Assembly: GCF_000315625.1 (NCBI RefSeq)
Contig: NW_005434588.1
Coordinates: 224,558 to 286,760, forward strand
Reading direction: 5' to 3'
DNA length: 62,203 nt
Source: Guillardia theta CCMP2712
Taxonomy: Eukaryota > Protista > Cryptophyta
In this document: piece by piece, positions 37,069-57,567 of the stretch
Position numbering within the stretch: position 1 is the stretch's first letter
Layout of the letters: the number at the start of each line of letters is the position of its first letter
Program-made: the position numbers and the translations under genes
Notes under the pieces: generated by a model
Told to the model about the DNA's origin: nothing
Database searches by the model: none
Seen by the model: the letters and a program-made list of their open reading frames with translations, nothing else

Positions 37069-39842
37069 TCACCACTGCAAGTCCGCCTCTTCTAACTCTT
37101 CCTCACTTTCCCCTTCCATCTCAGGTTCCCCCGGGAGCGGCATGGCGAGCGCATTGCGAGCGACATTGGAAACGTCGAGACAGTAGGCGAGTTGCTTCCA
37201 AACCTGTCGATGAGGTAAATGAAAGAAAAGGGGGCGATTGGAGGGAAAGGGGGTAGGGGGGGCAGAGAGAGACAGCGAGGAGACCTGAGGAGCCGCTGGA
37301 TGAGACAGCACGAGCCGAGCTGCTTGCTCTCCTTCATATCTGCATACCTCCCTATACTCTCTCGATATCACTTTGATCATCTTCCTCCCTGGGGTCAAGC
37401 AACGTCATGGGAGAGCGGAGGCGACACGTCAGGCTTCACCAGAAGGAGCTTGAATGAGCTGGCGGACAGAACGAGCAGCTTCAGTGAGCTTCTCTTCCTC
37501 CGGAACCTGACGGACAAGGGAAGTAGATTCGGGTCAGAGTCTCCGTCCCCTCCACTCCTACGGCAGCTCACCAGGTACGCCAAAGTATGAAGGAACCCCG
37601 CGGCGAAGATGATCCAGAGGGGACCAGAGTTCTGAGAGGAAGGGTGAGGAGGGCAGGGCTGCCAACATGTATCGCAAGGACCTGAGGTGGCAGGATCCTC
37701 TTGAACTTCTCGCACGTCCTCTTGAACGGCCCGCAGCCCTTCCACACTGTAAGCAACCAATGTCCTCCTCCCTCCAGCAAACCTCGAGGAGGGAGATAGT
37801 GATGAGCCCCAGCCCCCACATGTCGTTACACATCATTCTCTTGCCAGAGATCAGCGAAGTGCTCGACAGCGGGTCGTTTGTCAGCATTTTCGTCGTCGCT
37901 CTCGTTAGGGCCGGCAAGTCTCCCAGCCAGAAGTTCTCGCCGATCTTCATCACGTTTGCCATCTTGACATCACCATGCGCCACACCACAGGCATGCAGAC
38001 ATCTGCCATTGACAAGTTAAGTGACATAGGAAATCCTTGCCCTTCAATGCGCCACCTGAGCGCCTGGCCAACATCGTGTACCACACGGACAGGGATATCT
38101 TCCGGAGCTCCCGATTGCCATTCAGACCGCGACAGGGAAGCGAGATCTGACGATCCAAGATCGAAGACAGTGCATAACAAACGGACAGCTCGAGTTTCTC
38201 CACCGGGATTCTTGACTTCTCCTCCTCCTTCTTGTCCACACAGTACATCTGCTAACTCCCTCCCGCGAACCCTCCGCGTCCTAGATTTTTGTCAAGCTTG
38301 AGTGTTGATCCAGGAATCGAAAAGAATGCAAACCTGTCTGCATCTGTTATGGTGTCATTTTCCTTCTCTGGCAGCACTGGCACGTCAATGCGATGCCAAA
38401 ACCATGCTCGTGGTGTCAAGATCTTTGATTCTGTCCGATCTTCCTCTGTTCCTGCACACACGACACCTCCTCGATGTCCTGTTGACCTACAGCAGGCATC
38501 AGCAACGGAATTTGCAAGGCTGGAAGCACGCAACCTTCGAAGAAGTCGGTTCCTGTGCTTAAGGACATGCTTCGAGAAAGCCTGGTTGTGCATGAGCCAA
38601 AACATGAAACAGTACACGAAGGAAAACGGTAAGCGCTGACACCTGTAGTGTCGGCTCTTGGTAACACTTCACAACTGCAGTGTCGTTCCAACTTTCATGA
38701 GAATAGTTGGTAGCCATTGCTCGGTCAGCTCCCATCACCGCTGCGGGGCGATCCGTAGCAACCGATCGAGCAGCTCGCACACCAAACATCTCCAGAACCA
38801 TGTGGAACGCCAACCATGCTGCTGCGTCCACCTAAGAACTCAACACTCAGGAGGTGAGAAGCATCTCATGTTTGCAAGCAACCTGATTCTTCATGGGCTC
38901 TAGGCGGTAGGCGACCTTATACTCCTTGTCTAGAAGTACGCACGCAAACCCTCCCCTTGAGTGATCAGGAGGAGTCGAAGTACCGTGAGCAGTGTTCCTC
39001 CAGTTCAGCATCTCCATCATCCTGACCTTGAATGCAGACACACAACCATCCATCTCATGATCTAGCCGTAACTTCTCCTCTTCCAGTTGCATCTTCTGCT
39101 TGTCTGAGACAAACGCATTCTCTTTCTCCTGCCGACGTAGCTTCACTGCTGCTGTTGACAGCTTCTTAACGCGATCGATCAGAAACTCCATTCCACATCC
39201 ATCCTTAGTCACTCCACTCATTGGGTCCCCATCCATACTCGGCACTGACATCGCAGCGCCAACAGAGCTCTCGCCTCCACGAATCCCTTCGCCCTTAACG
39301 GAACCATTCTGATTGTCACCAGACGCATCGAGGTCATGAGACCCTGAGACAAGCTCTTCATTTCTTGCAGCTTCATCCCCCCCTCTTGTTTGCTTCTCCT
39401 CCCCCTCCCCCACGATGTCTCCGAAATCACCGGCTGTCTTGACTCGCTGCCGTTTGCTTAACGGATCTGCCATGCACACTTTTTCAACAAAGGGGGAGCG
39501 GGATGGCAATATCAAATCACCTTGATCAAGGCCTCCTCGAAGCTTCAATCTTGGGTTCAAACATCTCAAGATGCTCTTGATGTTGTGATACTGTAGTGCC
39601 TTGGGTTTACAGGCGACGTCTGAACCTTCAGGGGTTTCGCCTTTGCAATGCGCGAGCTTCAACTCTGAGGGGATATGATTTGAACCAAACTGCTTTGCGT
39701 CCAGAGATCTCCACCAATCCATGCCTTGACCAGCATGTGATAGTCCAGGCACACTTTCTGGAATGCTCATGAGCGCCATCACAACAACCAGCACATGCGG
39801 CAGCAGCTGCAATGGCCGAGGCTCGAAAAACAAAGTGGACAT
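37069..39842 (-). CDS. Divergent Ser/Thr protein kinase with an N-terminal signal peptide and LRGG motif, multi-exon (could be two genes)
   Basis: Kinase motifs LGRGGFAG, LHACGVAHGDVKMANVM and DMWGLGL, with DFG apparently replaced by DLP. The first exon has a hydrophobic leader and RLKLRGG. Confidence 0.55.
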
Positions 39843-40959
39843 GCCTTATGAGTCCCCAGAGGTCGGATGCCAAGAAAGATCAGCTAGAGTTAATTGATGG
39901 AGCGATCATGATGGGAATTCAAGGTTGGTTCTTGCTCCAGCTGTGCTGTGCTTCCCCTGCCAGCCCCTTCCCACCAGGCGCGGGATCGATGCGACCCAAC
40001 CACGATGGAAGGGATTTAACAGTGAGTGAGATTTCGACGAGGAAACAGAGGAGAGGAACAGTGAGGGAGGAGGAGGCTGGAGAGAGTGAAGGTGCGAGGA
40101 GGTTCAAAACTTGGCGACTGCAGTCTCCTGCTTGAGCAGCAGGCAACGGATCAGCAGAACCATTCCCGCGGCGGCCTCTGGGAAGAGAGCGGAGAGGAGG
40201 ACGAAAAAGGGGGGTGGGGGGATATAATTCATGTTTCCTCCAGGGTAGGTAGTCTGATCTTGTGTAAGGGGGGTGTCAGTGTGATCAGACACGGGGTACT
40301 TTATGTTCAAATTATAAACCACCGGTGTTGCCAATTTCAGAAGTGGCTGTAAGGATGTGAAACTTCAGGGGTGGTATATAATTAAGGGTGGGTAGTCAAA
40401 TCATCATGGAGGTCACAGAAGGGGGTGAGAAGAGCATGCTTGTCCCTCATCCCATCTCGTGGCGGCTGAGATCACAGTGAGTCATCGGACCGGGATACAA
40501 GAACGGTAGTCGGCTGGCGGCGGCGGCCGGGCCGGGCCCGGGGGCCGCCGCCGCAGAGTCGGCCGGGCCCGGGCGGGCTAGGCTACCGTAGCTCAGTGGC
40601 AGGTCTAAATCCTGGCCCGTTTTTGACGCCCGGGCTCCCGGAGTCCGAGGCTCCCCGGGCCCGCCGGGGACTCGGATGCCGAGACGGTCGGGCTCGGGCT
40701 CAGCCCCCCGGGCCGGCGGAACTTGCAGTGCGGTCCGAGTCCCCGGCGGGCCCCGGGGGAGCCTCGGACTCCGGGAGCCCGGCCGTACTACGGACAATCA
40801 CGGACGAAACAACTGCCAGAGCCTAGGCTCGCCGTTTAGTACGTGACCGTCAAAGTTAAGTTGCCATGGAAAATCAGCACGCACTGCAGTGTAACGTGGT
40901 GACTCAGTGACCGTTGGCCGCGATGATCAGTGATGCTAGTACTAAGTGAGCGACAGTGT

Positions 40960-41119
40960 CCTGATTGTCCTCGTACTGATTTTTAACTTAACTTTGAGTA
41001 AAGAAGTGGGTACGTGAGCCTGATCACCCGACCGGGGCGTGACTACAGTGTCAGGGCCAAGCCTCCTCGACTCTCCTGATTGTCCTCGTACTGATTTTTA
41101 ACTTAACTTTGAGTAAAGA
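40960..41119 (-). repeat. Two identical 45-bp copies (40960-41004, 41075-41119) of the dispersed AT-rich element
   Basis: cctgattgtcctcgtactgatttttaacttaactttgagtaaaga occurs twice, 115 bp apart. Confidence 0.95.
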
Positions 41120-41416
41120 CTTGAAGTCTCAAGAGTCGTACCGTACGGTCCGCCGGGCCGGCTCCGAGTGCCGCCGTAGGCGGGAAAGTTTCGGTTTGTG
41201 GGGAGGAGAGACAGGCAGCATGGGGAGAAGGCCGGGCGAGAGAGCGTTGTACATAAGATGCAGGAGTGATCGTGGTAGATAAGATGCAGGAGAGATTCTG
41301 GTAGATAGGATGAAAAAGCAACAAGACAGGACACGGTATGCAAGAACCATCGCGGTAAACTTGAGAGAATGACAGGCATGTTGTAAGAGGAACGAAGCGC
41401 TGTTCGACAAACGAAG

Positions 41417-44400
41417 ATGAATTTCTTCCGAAGAAAGGAAACAAAAACTGACAATGCAGAAAGGAAAGACATGATTCCTCCCGAGCCGCAAGATAACCCA
41501 AACCCGAACAGGAAACTTGAAATTACAATTATCTCAGCAAGACACCTTCCGAAGATGGACATGATGGGGAGCTGCGATCCTTTCTGCGTGGTGGAGTTCG
41601 AGGGGCAGGAGGAGCAGACGAGCGTGGTGAAGAACTCCTACTCGGCAGACTGGCAGGAGAGCTTCAGCTTCGGGGTACGGGACGTAGGGCAGGGGGTCGG
41701 GGGGCTACGGGTACGGCTGGTAGACTGGGACCGGGTAGGGAACAACGACGAGATCGGGGAGGCAGAGCTGGAGGGGAGCCTGATGAGCCGGGTAGTACGG
41801 GCGGACGTGGGGTGGGAGGGGGAGTGCACGCTGGAGGTATCGCGGGAGGGGAAGGCGGTAGTAGGGCAGGACAAGAAGCGGACGGTGGTCACGCTCAAGT
41901 GCAAGGTGCTAGACGAAGCTCTGGTGTTGAACCCGCCGGAGCCGTCGGAGGAGGCGAAGGGAGGGCGGCGGCTGGAGGTAACGGTCGTGTCGACGCGGCA
42001 CCTTCCGAAGATGGACATGATGGGGAGCTGCGATCCTTTCTGCGTGGTGGAGTTCGAGGGGCAGGAGGAGCAGACGAGCGTGGTGAAGAACTCCTACTCG
42101 GCAGACTGGCAGGAGAGCTTCAGCTTCGGGGTACGGGACGTAGGGCAGGGGGTCGGGGGGCTACGGGTACGGCTGGTAGACTGGGACCGGGTAGGGAACA
42201 ACGACGAGATCGGGGAGGCAGAGCTGGAGGGGAGCCTGATGAGCCGGGTAGTACGGGCGGACGTGGGGTGGGAGGGGGAGTGCACGCTGGAGGTATCGCG
42301 GGAGGGGAAGGCGGTAGTAGGGCAGGACAAGAAGCGGACGGTGGTCACGCTCAAGTGCAAGGTGCTTGCGGGGGAGTCGCTCTACTATCCGCCGGAGCCG
42401 TCGGAGGAGGCGAAGGGAGGGCGGCGGCTGGAGGTAACGGTCGTGTCGACGCGGCACCTTCCGAAGATGGACATGATGGGGAGCTGCGATCCTTTCTGCG
42501 TGGTGGAGTTCGAGGGGCAGGAGGAGCAAACGAGCGTGGTGAAGAACTCCTACTCGGCAGACTGGCAGGAGAGCTTCAGCTTCGGGGTACGGGACGTAGG
42601 GCAGGGGGTCGGGGGGCTACGGGTACGGCTGGTAGACTGGGACCGGGTAGGGAACAACGACGAGATCGGGGAGGCAGAGCTGGAGGGGAGCCTGATGAGC
42701 CGGGTAGTACGGGCGGACGTGGGGTGGGAGGGGGAGTGCACGCTGGAGGTATCGCGGGAGGGGAAGGCGGTAGTAGGGCAGGACAAGAAGCGGACGGTGG
42801 TCACGCTCAAGTGCAAGGTGCTTGCCGGGGAGTCACTTTTCTATCCGCCGGAGCCGTCGGAGGAGGCGAAGGGAGGGCGGCGGCTGGAGTTATCATATGT
42901 TTCATTTTTTCATTTTCCTTCGTTGGTTTCTTGTCATTCTCTTGAATTGTCTTGTGTGTATGAATATGACAATTCTCTTTGGATTTCACGGTTACCCGAG
43001 CAGGGTTCTTCATGTGTTGTTCACTCTTTTCTAGTGAGTGATTGCACACATGGAGCCCGTCCGCTCGTGTTTTCATTGCTTCTTCGCTCTGCAGCTGGAC
43101 CCTCTGTTCTTGGAACTTGTGCGTTTTCAATGGCCAATGTTGGATCTGTGTTGTCAGCACCGAATGGATGGAGCGGAACCGCGCATATGTATTTCAAGAA
43201 GGTGGGATCAGCGCAGGATGACCAGTTTGTTGTTGGAGAGGATGGTCTTTATACATGCGTCATCTTAAGGGTCCAAGTGTTCAACAGCTTGATCGAAGAT
43301 GCTTCGCGCTTTGTTTTGAAGGTCTGTGTGAAAGAGGCGGTGCTGAGAACGGTTCTCAAAGACTTGGACGCAAACAACTATGTAGCTGTTGGTGTCGAGT
43401 CGCCTATTTCCAAGACAGTGAAAGTTACGTCATACAAGAAAAATGCCGAAATTGTTCAATGGAATCATGGCAGAGGAGAAGAGTTCGTGTTTGAGCTGGT
43501 ATGTCTACCTCATTGCTAACCTTGTATCCTGATGAAAATCCGTCCTGTAGAGAACAAATCAAGAGACTCTTGTTGTCTCCTTGTATCTCAAAATCATTTC
43601 TTCACAACAAACCAAGGCCGAGGAGTATGCTAGGGCAACGCTGATTGTACCGTTGCCCCACGACATTGTGAAGGACCAATCAACATCGCATGAAGAGGTC
43701 CTCCTCTGGACAAGCACTCACGGCATGCCTCTCCATCCTTTTCATCCCTTGACTTCATTGCAGGAACCTTGGAGGAAAGCGCAGCAGATCACGTTCGAGT
43801 TCACTTCATGGCTCAGAAAGGGACCAAAGCTCATTATTCTCACCATCAAGTTTTCAGCAACAAGGCATTTGGCAGCTTGTACCGGGGAAATTTGAAAATC
43901 CCCAAGAAGGACAGGCTCCAGGCCTCGACTCCACTTCTCATGTCGAACAAAGAGGAGGATACAGCTTCGCGTCTGAAATCTTCGGAGGAACCTTGGGCTC
44001 TTCGTGAGGTTTCAAAGTCATACACAGCACCGGATTTTCTGGAGTACGTTGACGGACCAGGTGCTGTGTAGCGTCTTTCATGCTCTTGGTTTCATTGTTG
44101 AAACTCTCACAGTTTGGAGACGAGGGAATGGAGAGGTGCTTGTAGGAAGAGATGTGCAACCGTATGTTGGCATGGAGGTGGTGCTGTCAAGGTAAATAGC
44201 TCGTTCGCTGCTGTTGAAATGTGACGCATCGTGTTCGCGTGCAGGCAAGCAAGAAGATTTTTCCAAGAGCAGGGCATGGTGCAAGCATACTCTGGGCAGA
44301 AAGTCGGCAAAGTTCTGTCTATCCTGGCAGGCTCCAAGAGGACTCTACCCATCAGTCTTCGGGGCAGCCATCTCGGGGCTTCTTGTCAGGTTGAAAGCTG

Positions 44401-44650
44401 AGGTGAACTTGCCTTGTGCTTTCTGACATTCCTGCAGGTGTTGTGGGGTGAGACCGATACAATCTCCACGTGCTCCATAGGCTTTCAAGACCGCTTCGAC
44501 CTCGTCCCTGCCGAGGTGAGCTCAGTAGAAAGCACCGCACTGACGGAACCTTCTCACCCTGCTCCTCTTCTTCAGAGCGATGCGAGACTGAGGACTTGGC
44601 CGAAGGACAGCGTCAGGGTGCAAGCGATCTCGTCAGCGGGGCTCGTGTGA
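41417..44650 (+). CDS. Multi-C2-domain protein (three near-identical C2 repeats plus degenerate C2-like regions); 3' exons approximate
   Basis: 700-aa first ORF with LPKMDMMGSCDPFCVV...WQESFSF...LVDWDRVGNNDEIG three times, with the Ca-binding Asp residues present. Short GT-AG introns follow from about 43499. Confidence 0.8.
41545..42889 (+). repeat. 456-bp coding tandem repeat, about 3 copies
   Basis: ccttccgaagatggacatg starts at 41545, 42001 and 42457, a period of 456 nt (152 codons). Confidence 0.95.
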
Positions 44651-44982
44651 GGGTTTCTGCATCCCTCTGCCTGTTGCGACTTTGATGTGCTGGCCGTAAG
44701 GGCTGCTCATGAAGGTGAAGGACTTCCGATAAGAATACGAGCTAGGCACAAGGAGTAAGGGATATTCTGCTACTGAAGCAGTACCCGCTACTATAGTCAC
44801 TGTATGCCAAGTATAGGTTCAACCAGTCACTAAGACTCTGCCGCTGGTGCGAAATGTGCATTGTGACTAGCTTATACATGCCAAAACAAGTCGCGGCGTC
44901 TTTTAGCAAACACGTCGATATTGAATGGCTCGGATTTTATTGACTAGCTTCACCAGCCGGTCTGCCACAACCAAATCGATTT

Positions 44983-46980
<1,998 letters not shown>

Positions 46981-48267
46981 GCTGCCGCGGGACGTCTGTC
47001 GATGTTGGCGGAGGAAGGGGGTCCTGGGGGGAGGCGCTTGAGAACCCCTCAACAGGGTGGGGTACTTTAAAAATGACTTATTATATTAAAACTCACTTAT
47101 TTCCAGATATGACTGTGACGTCGATTTCAGTGACCGTGCCACTATGCGGCCTCCCCGCGGGAGTCGGCGGACCTTCTGGACTCCGGGAGAACGGCCCGGC
47201 CAGCCGGGCTCCGCTACCGGCCCGGCGGGCCGGTCACCTCACTGGGAGTGTGGTGCCGAGGCTCAGCAACCGTCCAAAGCTCTCAGTGCAGGGGCAGCAG
47301 GGCCTCAGTGGCCGCCACAATGAGGCACTACCACTGAGAGCCGGGGTCGGCCCGGCCCGGCAGGATTCCCGGCCAAACGACGGGCCCGGCTGGCGCTTTA
47401 CTGAAAATCAACTAGTGACTTGAAGCATCAAAGGGGCGTAGAGCATGCCGACGAGACGTAGACATAGAATCGATCGAAAAAGAGTCTTTTCATGTCTCGT
47501 TGGTGATGGGATGGGTGGGTAGGGTGGTCTTGTCCGTGATCAATCTAAATGTTTGTACCAGGGGGGGGGGCTGGATGACAGGAGGTAGGGGGTACGATTT
47601 GTACAGGGTGGGGGGGGGTGATAAGCTGACAAAGGACCGGTGGCTGAAGATTTCGAATCGTTCCGGTGGAAGTGTGCGAGGGGTGGTGAGCAAATAGAGG
47701 GGACGCGAAGGGGGTATACATCTAAAGGAAGGTCAGTACCACGTGATGAAGCAGATAGGGGGGTGGGGTGATGAAGGGGAAAGGTAGCAGAGGGATAGGG
47801 GTACTAGAAAAGGGGGTAGGGGTGGGTCGTACAAAGGGATGCAATGAACATCGAAAGGGAAGGAGTCGAGGACACGAGGGGCGGGGATGGGATGGCGAGG
47901 AGGGGAGGGGAGGGGAGGGGAGGGGAGGGGAGGGGAGGGGAGGGGAGGGGAGGGAGAACGAAGGAAGAGGAGGAGTGGAGTGGAGGGGGGGATCGGTGCA
48001 AACAGAGGGAGAGGTAGAGAGGTAGAGAGGTCTGAGACAGGGTTAAACAGGTGCACCAAGACACGGAGTTGAGGAAGGTATGCCACTTGGCAAAGGTTGA
48101 GAGAGGAGCGGGCGATACAGGAAGGGATCATTGTGATGGAATCGGACATGAATGTTTGAGGATTGGGTCTACTCGACAGAGGCATCCAAAGAATCCCATG
48201 GCGCGGGGAGATGGAGATGGAAGTTGGAACTGTGAGACTGATGAAACTTGCTGGCAGATTGACAGCG
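46981..48267. promoter_or_regulatory. Putative bidirectional promoter region shared by the GAPDH and arsJ-like genes
   Basis: About 1.29 kb between divergent start codons, containing a GC/CCGG-rich island at about 47120-47420. Function is inferred from position only. Confidence 0.4.
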
Positions 48268-53222
<4,955 letters not shown>

Positions 53223-53453
53223 CGTGAAACATGATCTCCTCGCCTCCCCTTTGCTCCGTCCACGTCATCGACTTCGTCCCCCTCCCTCTTTCTCTTCCTT
53301 CTCAGGCATGTCAAGTTATCATCCCCTCCCTCTTTCTCTTCCTTCTCAAGCATGTCAAGTCATCATCTATTTCACGTGTCTTTCTGTATATCTAAATCAA
53401 AGTATTTCATATATGTACACACGCACTTGCGTCAATCTCAGGGTCTTTAACAT

Positions 53454-54925
53454 TTACATGTCCTCCTCCTTGGCCAGACGCATCACTGGCAGCATCGACA
53501 CGCTCCTCTTCAGAGGCTCCAGCTCTTCATCGAACTCACGGCACTTGAGGGGACACAAACATCTGTCTCCTCCCTTGTGCTGCAAGCAGTGAACAGTCTG
53601 AAAGACCTGACGCAAAACCATCATCGTCGTCCCCCCTCTTCCCCCTCCGATGATGATGATGATGAGGAGGAGGAGGAGGAGGAGGAGGAGGAAATGATGA
53701 TGAGGAGAAAGCACTCACTCTGTTGAATCCCCACTTGTTCTTCACCAACCCAACGCTCATGGAGGCGAAGTGAGGGCAGTAGGCGTCACAGTGGAGGCAA
53801 GGGTTCTCAACTGCAGTCGAAACAGCAAGGTTGAGAGACTGCCTCTTGACTCAAACAGCAAGCTCAAGGTCATTACATCCTCCTTTGCCTATCAGGGCCA
53901 TGTCCTCGTCGTCTTCAATCACCCCGTTCGCGTTCGAGTGCTCTCCTGACTGGGAGGGGCGTCACAAGGCTGAGGATACAACAAGAGGACAGTACAAAGT
54001 AAACGCATCGGCATCCCTCCGAGCAGAACTTGAGGTCATTCCCGAAGACCACCTGAAGCGCAATGCTTTAGACCTCTCCTAGACCTCCCCTCCCCTCCCC
54101 TCCCCTCCTCGTCTCATCACCTGCTGTCCCTCCGATGCATGGATCTCCGCTTTGCACTCGGTGCAGATGTCAACACCATGGTGGAAAGTGGGTGCTGACG
54201 CATTTCTTCTGAAAGAATCATGAAAAATCTCGCTCATATTTTCCTGCCGGAAGCTGAAGATCCAAACCACATCAGTCTCTCACACGAACAAACATCATGA
54301 TGGGCATCTGTTTTTGTAACAATCCTACACCACACCGACTGGATGGAACAAGAACAGCAAGTAATGTGAAAACTTCATGTTGTGTAGATATTACTAGCGA
54401 GTCATATGGACTATCACTATACGGATTGAACAACAACAGAAACGAATGTGAAGACTTTCACGCTGTGCAGATGTTCAACCAAATTTGAGCCGGTTCGGTA
54501 CAAAATAGTTCAAAATGGTTTGGAAGATCCCCTCAAACAAGGCGTCTTCATCTCCTAACTATCTTTTTTATCTGCCGACTCTGCAATGATGCAACATCAT
54601 CTGATCTATAGAACAATCAAAACACCCACAAGTCTGATGGCAGAACGTGTCTCCATGTTTTCCCTCAACGCATGTTTCCAGGTCTGATACAATGCCATCA
54701 CCTCTTGACGCCTCATAATTGCACATCGGCCGACCAACACTGCTTACATAATGTCTAGTTTATCTCCATCTGTGCTGTTGACTTCGATTTTCTGCCGCTG
54801 CTCTATTCCTGCTTCCTGTATCGCGCAGCCAACTGGTGCCAAGTTCAGACTTTGCAGATTTGATTCCTGCGTGCTTCTCTTCAACGTCTTGGACCTGATC
54901 TGATCGGAAATCCTCTTCTCTCATA
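53454..54925 (-). CDS. Hypothetical protein with a Cys/His-rich C-terminus, multi-exon
   Basis: Coding-like segments (MREEDFRSDQVQDVEEK..., CLHCDAYCPHF..., VFQTVHCLQHKGGDRCLCPLKCREF...EEDM*). Internal exon structure not resolved. Confidence 0.35.
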
Positions 54926-56380
54926 TGATAAAATAATTTCTTTCCCTTCCTCTACCGTTTCTCCTCTCTATTCCTCCCATGACGCCCTTCCCACATTCCT
55001 GCCGCTCCTAAGCATTCGCATTCGTTCATCCCTATGAGTACCCCTACCCACTCCTAACCATATGACGTTCCCCGTTCACCCCACCCAATGATTTACGTGA
55101 AATGACCCCGTCCTTATACTACCTACACCCTCCATTACACCCCACCCTACCCCTCTTTTTTGGCCTTCATTCGATGCGACTGTCCGGCCTCCCCATATTG
55201 ACCTCTAGAGAAGACCCACCCAACAAAATATCAGTACCCCTCCCTACAATACCAATATTCGTATGCAAGTACCCACCTTCATCTCCCCAAAGTACCCACC
55301 CTTTTCCACAAAGTTGTACCCCCCAAGTATTGTGCTACCAGCAAGTTAATCCCACTACCCCTACTCAATACCTTCCTGACACCAGGGGTATCTCACGTCA
55401 TCTCCCTCACACGTCCCGAGGCAGCCTAGAACCTGCCTAGGACCCAGCCAGAGTCATTGGCTACGGTATGCTGCTATGACCCTCGCTAAAAATTCAAATA
55501 TGTGTGGGTCATATAGTAAAACGATAAGGAGCTAGGACGGATGCTGAATTCCTAGGACCAGCCTATGGCATCTGAGAGCCTATCTCACCCTCTTTCTTTG
55601 CACCTCTCCATCCTCTCCATGAATTTGATTGACCCCCTCTCCCAGCCACTTCCTACCCAAGTACCCCCCTTTTCAACAGTTCGTACCCAACTTTTTCCAC
55701 CCTTCTCTCGGTCAATCAGTATATGACCCACCCACCCATTGCCTGTCCCCTCCGGGATCTTACATGAAAGAACACTCGTTCGGGGATATAAATAAAAATG
55801 ATTTCTTTCTTCAAAAACAATATACTGTTACTAAAACATTGTAAGTTTGAAAATCCTTATGTGTTACGGCCCCGTCAGTCGCAAGATCTGCGAAAGAATC
55901 TTCTTTCGCAGGAGATTCCTTAAGATCAGTCATCAAGGTATCTCGAGATGCGTCCGCCCATTGAACGACCACAAATAACAACGCTTCCATACTCTATTCA
56001 GTTTGACGGTACCCACCCACTGGCTGCCGATGACACCTACGACGAGATGTACCCGGTCCTTCATTACATTTATTTAGTATAACCCCACGGGTACTTGACC
56101 ACCGTGCCCCTTCAGGAAGACACCCGTTGTTTCAACTCCCAATTAGGCGACTCGGAGGCGAGTGTCACAGGGATTCACAGGAGGAGGGCCAGGTTAACCA
56201 GAGATCACAGACTACTTTTCAACTTTTTAGTGTGAGCCGCCCGGCCGGTTGCGGCGGCCGCGGGGCCGGGGCAACGGGATCGCCGGCGGCCCGGACTCGG
56301 CCGGCGGACTCAGCATCGACCGTCCGACCGTGACCGAACCCGGCGCCCGCCGGCGGCCCGCCACGGTGTCACTGTGGGCG

Positions 56381-57062
56381 TGATTGTCATCCGGTACCGT
56401 ATTTTTAACTTAAAGCTTTGAGTACACTCGACTCCGCGCGATCGCTATTTACTCACAGAGTCAGAGTACTAAAGGGCTTGAAAGTCACCCGGGCAAACAA
56501 AAAGCCGCGGAGCCGCTGAGCCGTGGCGCCGGGCCGCGACCGTCGGACTCCGGAGGCTCACCACTCAGCGGCTGTCCACATTTACTCAAAGCCCCTAACT
56601 TGAGTTAAGCTGTCCAGTGACGGGAGTCGGAGCCGACCGAACCGGGTGACTCGTGACTCACTCAGCGGCCGCCGCCGGCGGCGCCGCAGCAGCCCGCCGC
56701 GCCGGTGCCGCCGCTGAGGCCAGCAAACCCGCCGGCGGCTGGGCCGCGGGTGGCAGTCCGGTGACCCGCCGGTGGCACAAGCCTAACTGAAGTTCCGAAT
56801 TCTTTTCAGGAGTTACTAGTCACCGTCACAGTCGGCCCCGGAGCCTGTGACTCCGAGGCGGGCTGCCACCGAATCAGTGCCGCATCGGTTTAGGCTACGC
56901 CACGGGTCCGAGTCCGCCGGCCCCCGGGCCCCGGCCCGCGACCCGGCCCGGCCGCGGCGGCGCTGCAATCTACTCAATGTTAAGTTAAAAATCTGTACGA
57001 GGACGACTACGCCGCCCCGCAGAACCATAATCTCTTTACTCAAAGTTAAGTTAAAAATCAGA
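56381..57062. mobile_element. Possible MITE-like remnant: inverted copies of the 45-bp element flanking a GC-rich core
   Basis: Degenerate minus-orientation copy at 56381-56424 and plus-orientation copies at 56971-57004 and 57033-57062. No target-site duplication identified. Confidence 0.35.
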
Positions 57063-57288
57063 ACCAGCTGTATGATTGAGGGGTGGTAGGGGTGATAAAC
57101 TGACTAGTAGGGTAGGGTGGTGCGTTTTGAATAGAATAGCATAAAAGATGGGGTGATACTATGTAAAAATGGGGGTACATATTATGAGTAGGGGGTAGTA
57201 TAACTAGGGGTAGGGGTACAGGACATCCTGGGGCAAGGGGTTTTTGGAGTGTAGGCACAGAGGGCAGCGAGGGAGCAGGAGGAGCAGG

Positions 57289-57325
<37 letters not shown>

Positions 57326-57567
57326 AGGAGAGGAGGATACTTCATCCAAGTTGAAACACTCTCGTTGTCCAGGATGATGAGTTCGGGAAATCTCATGGGA
57401 GAGTGGAGGCATACAAGAGAATTTCTTTCCTCCCTCTAAGGTACAAAACGAGTACCTCGTGATCTTGTCGCAAACAGAACAGAGCTGCGGAGTCCCCTTT
57501 GTTGTTTCTCGATTGCATTGCACCAAAACTAGAGTTTGCAGGTTGGCAACGCTGTCTTCTTCAGAGC

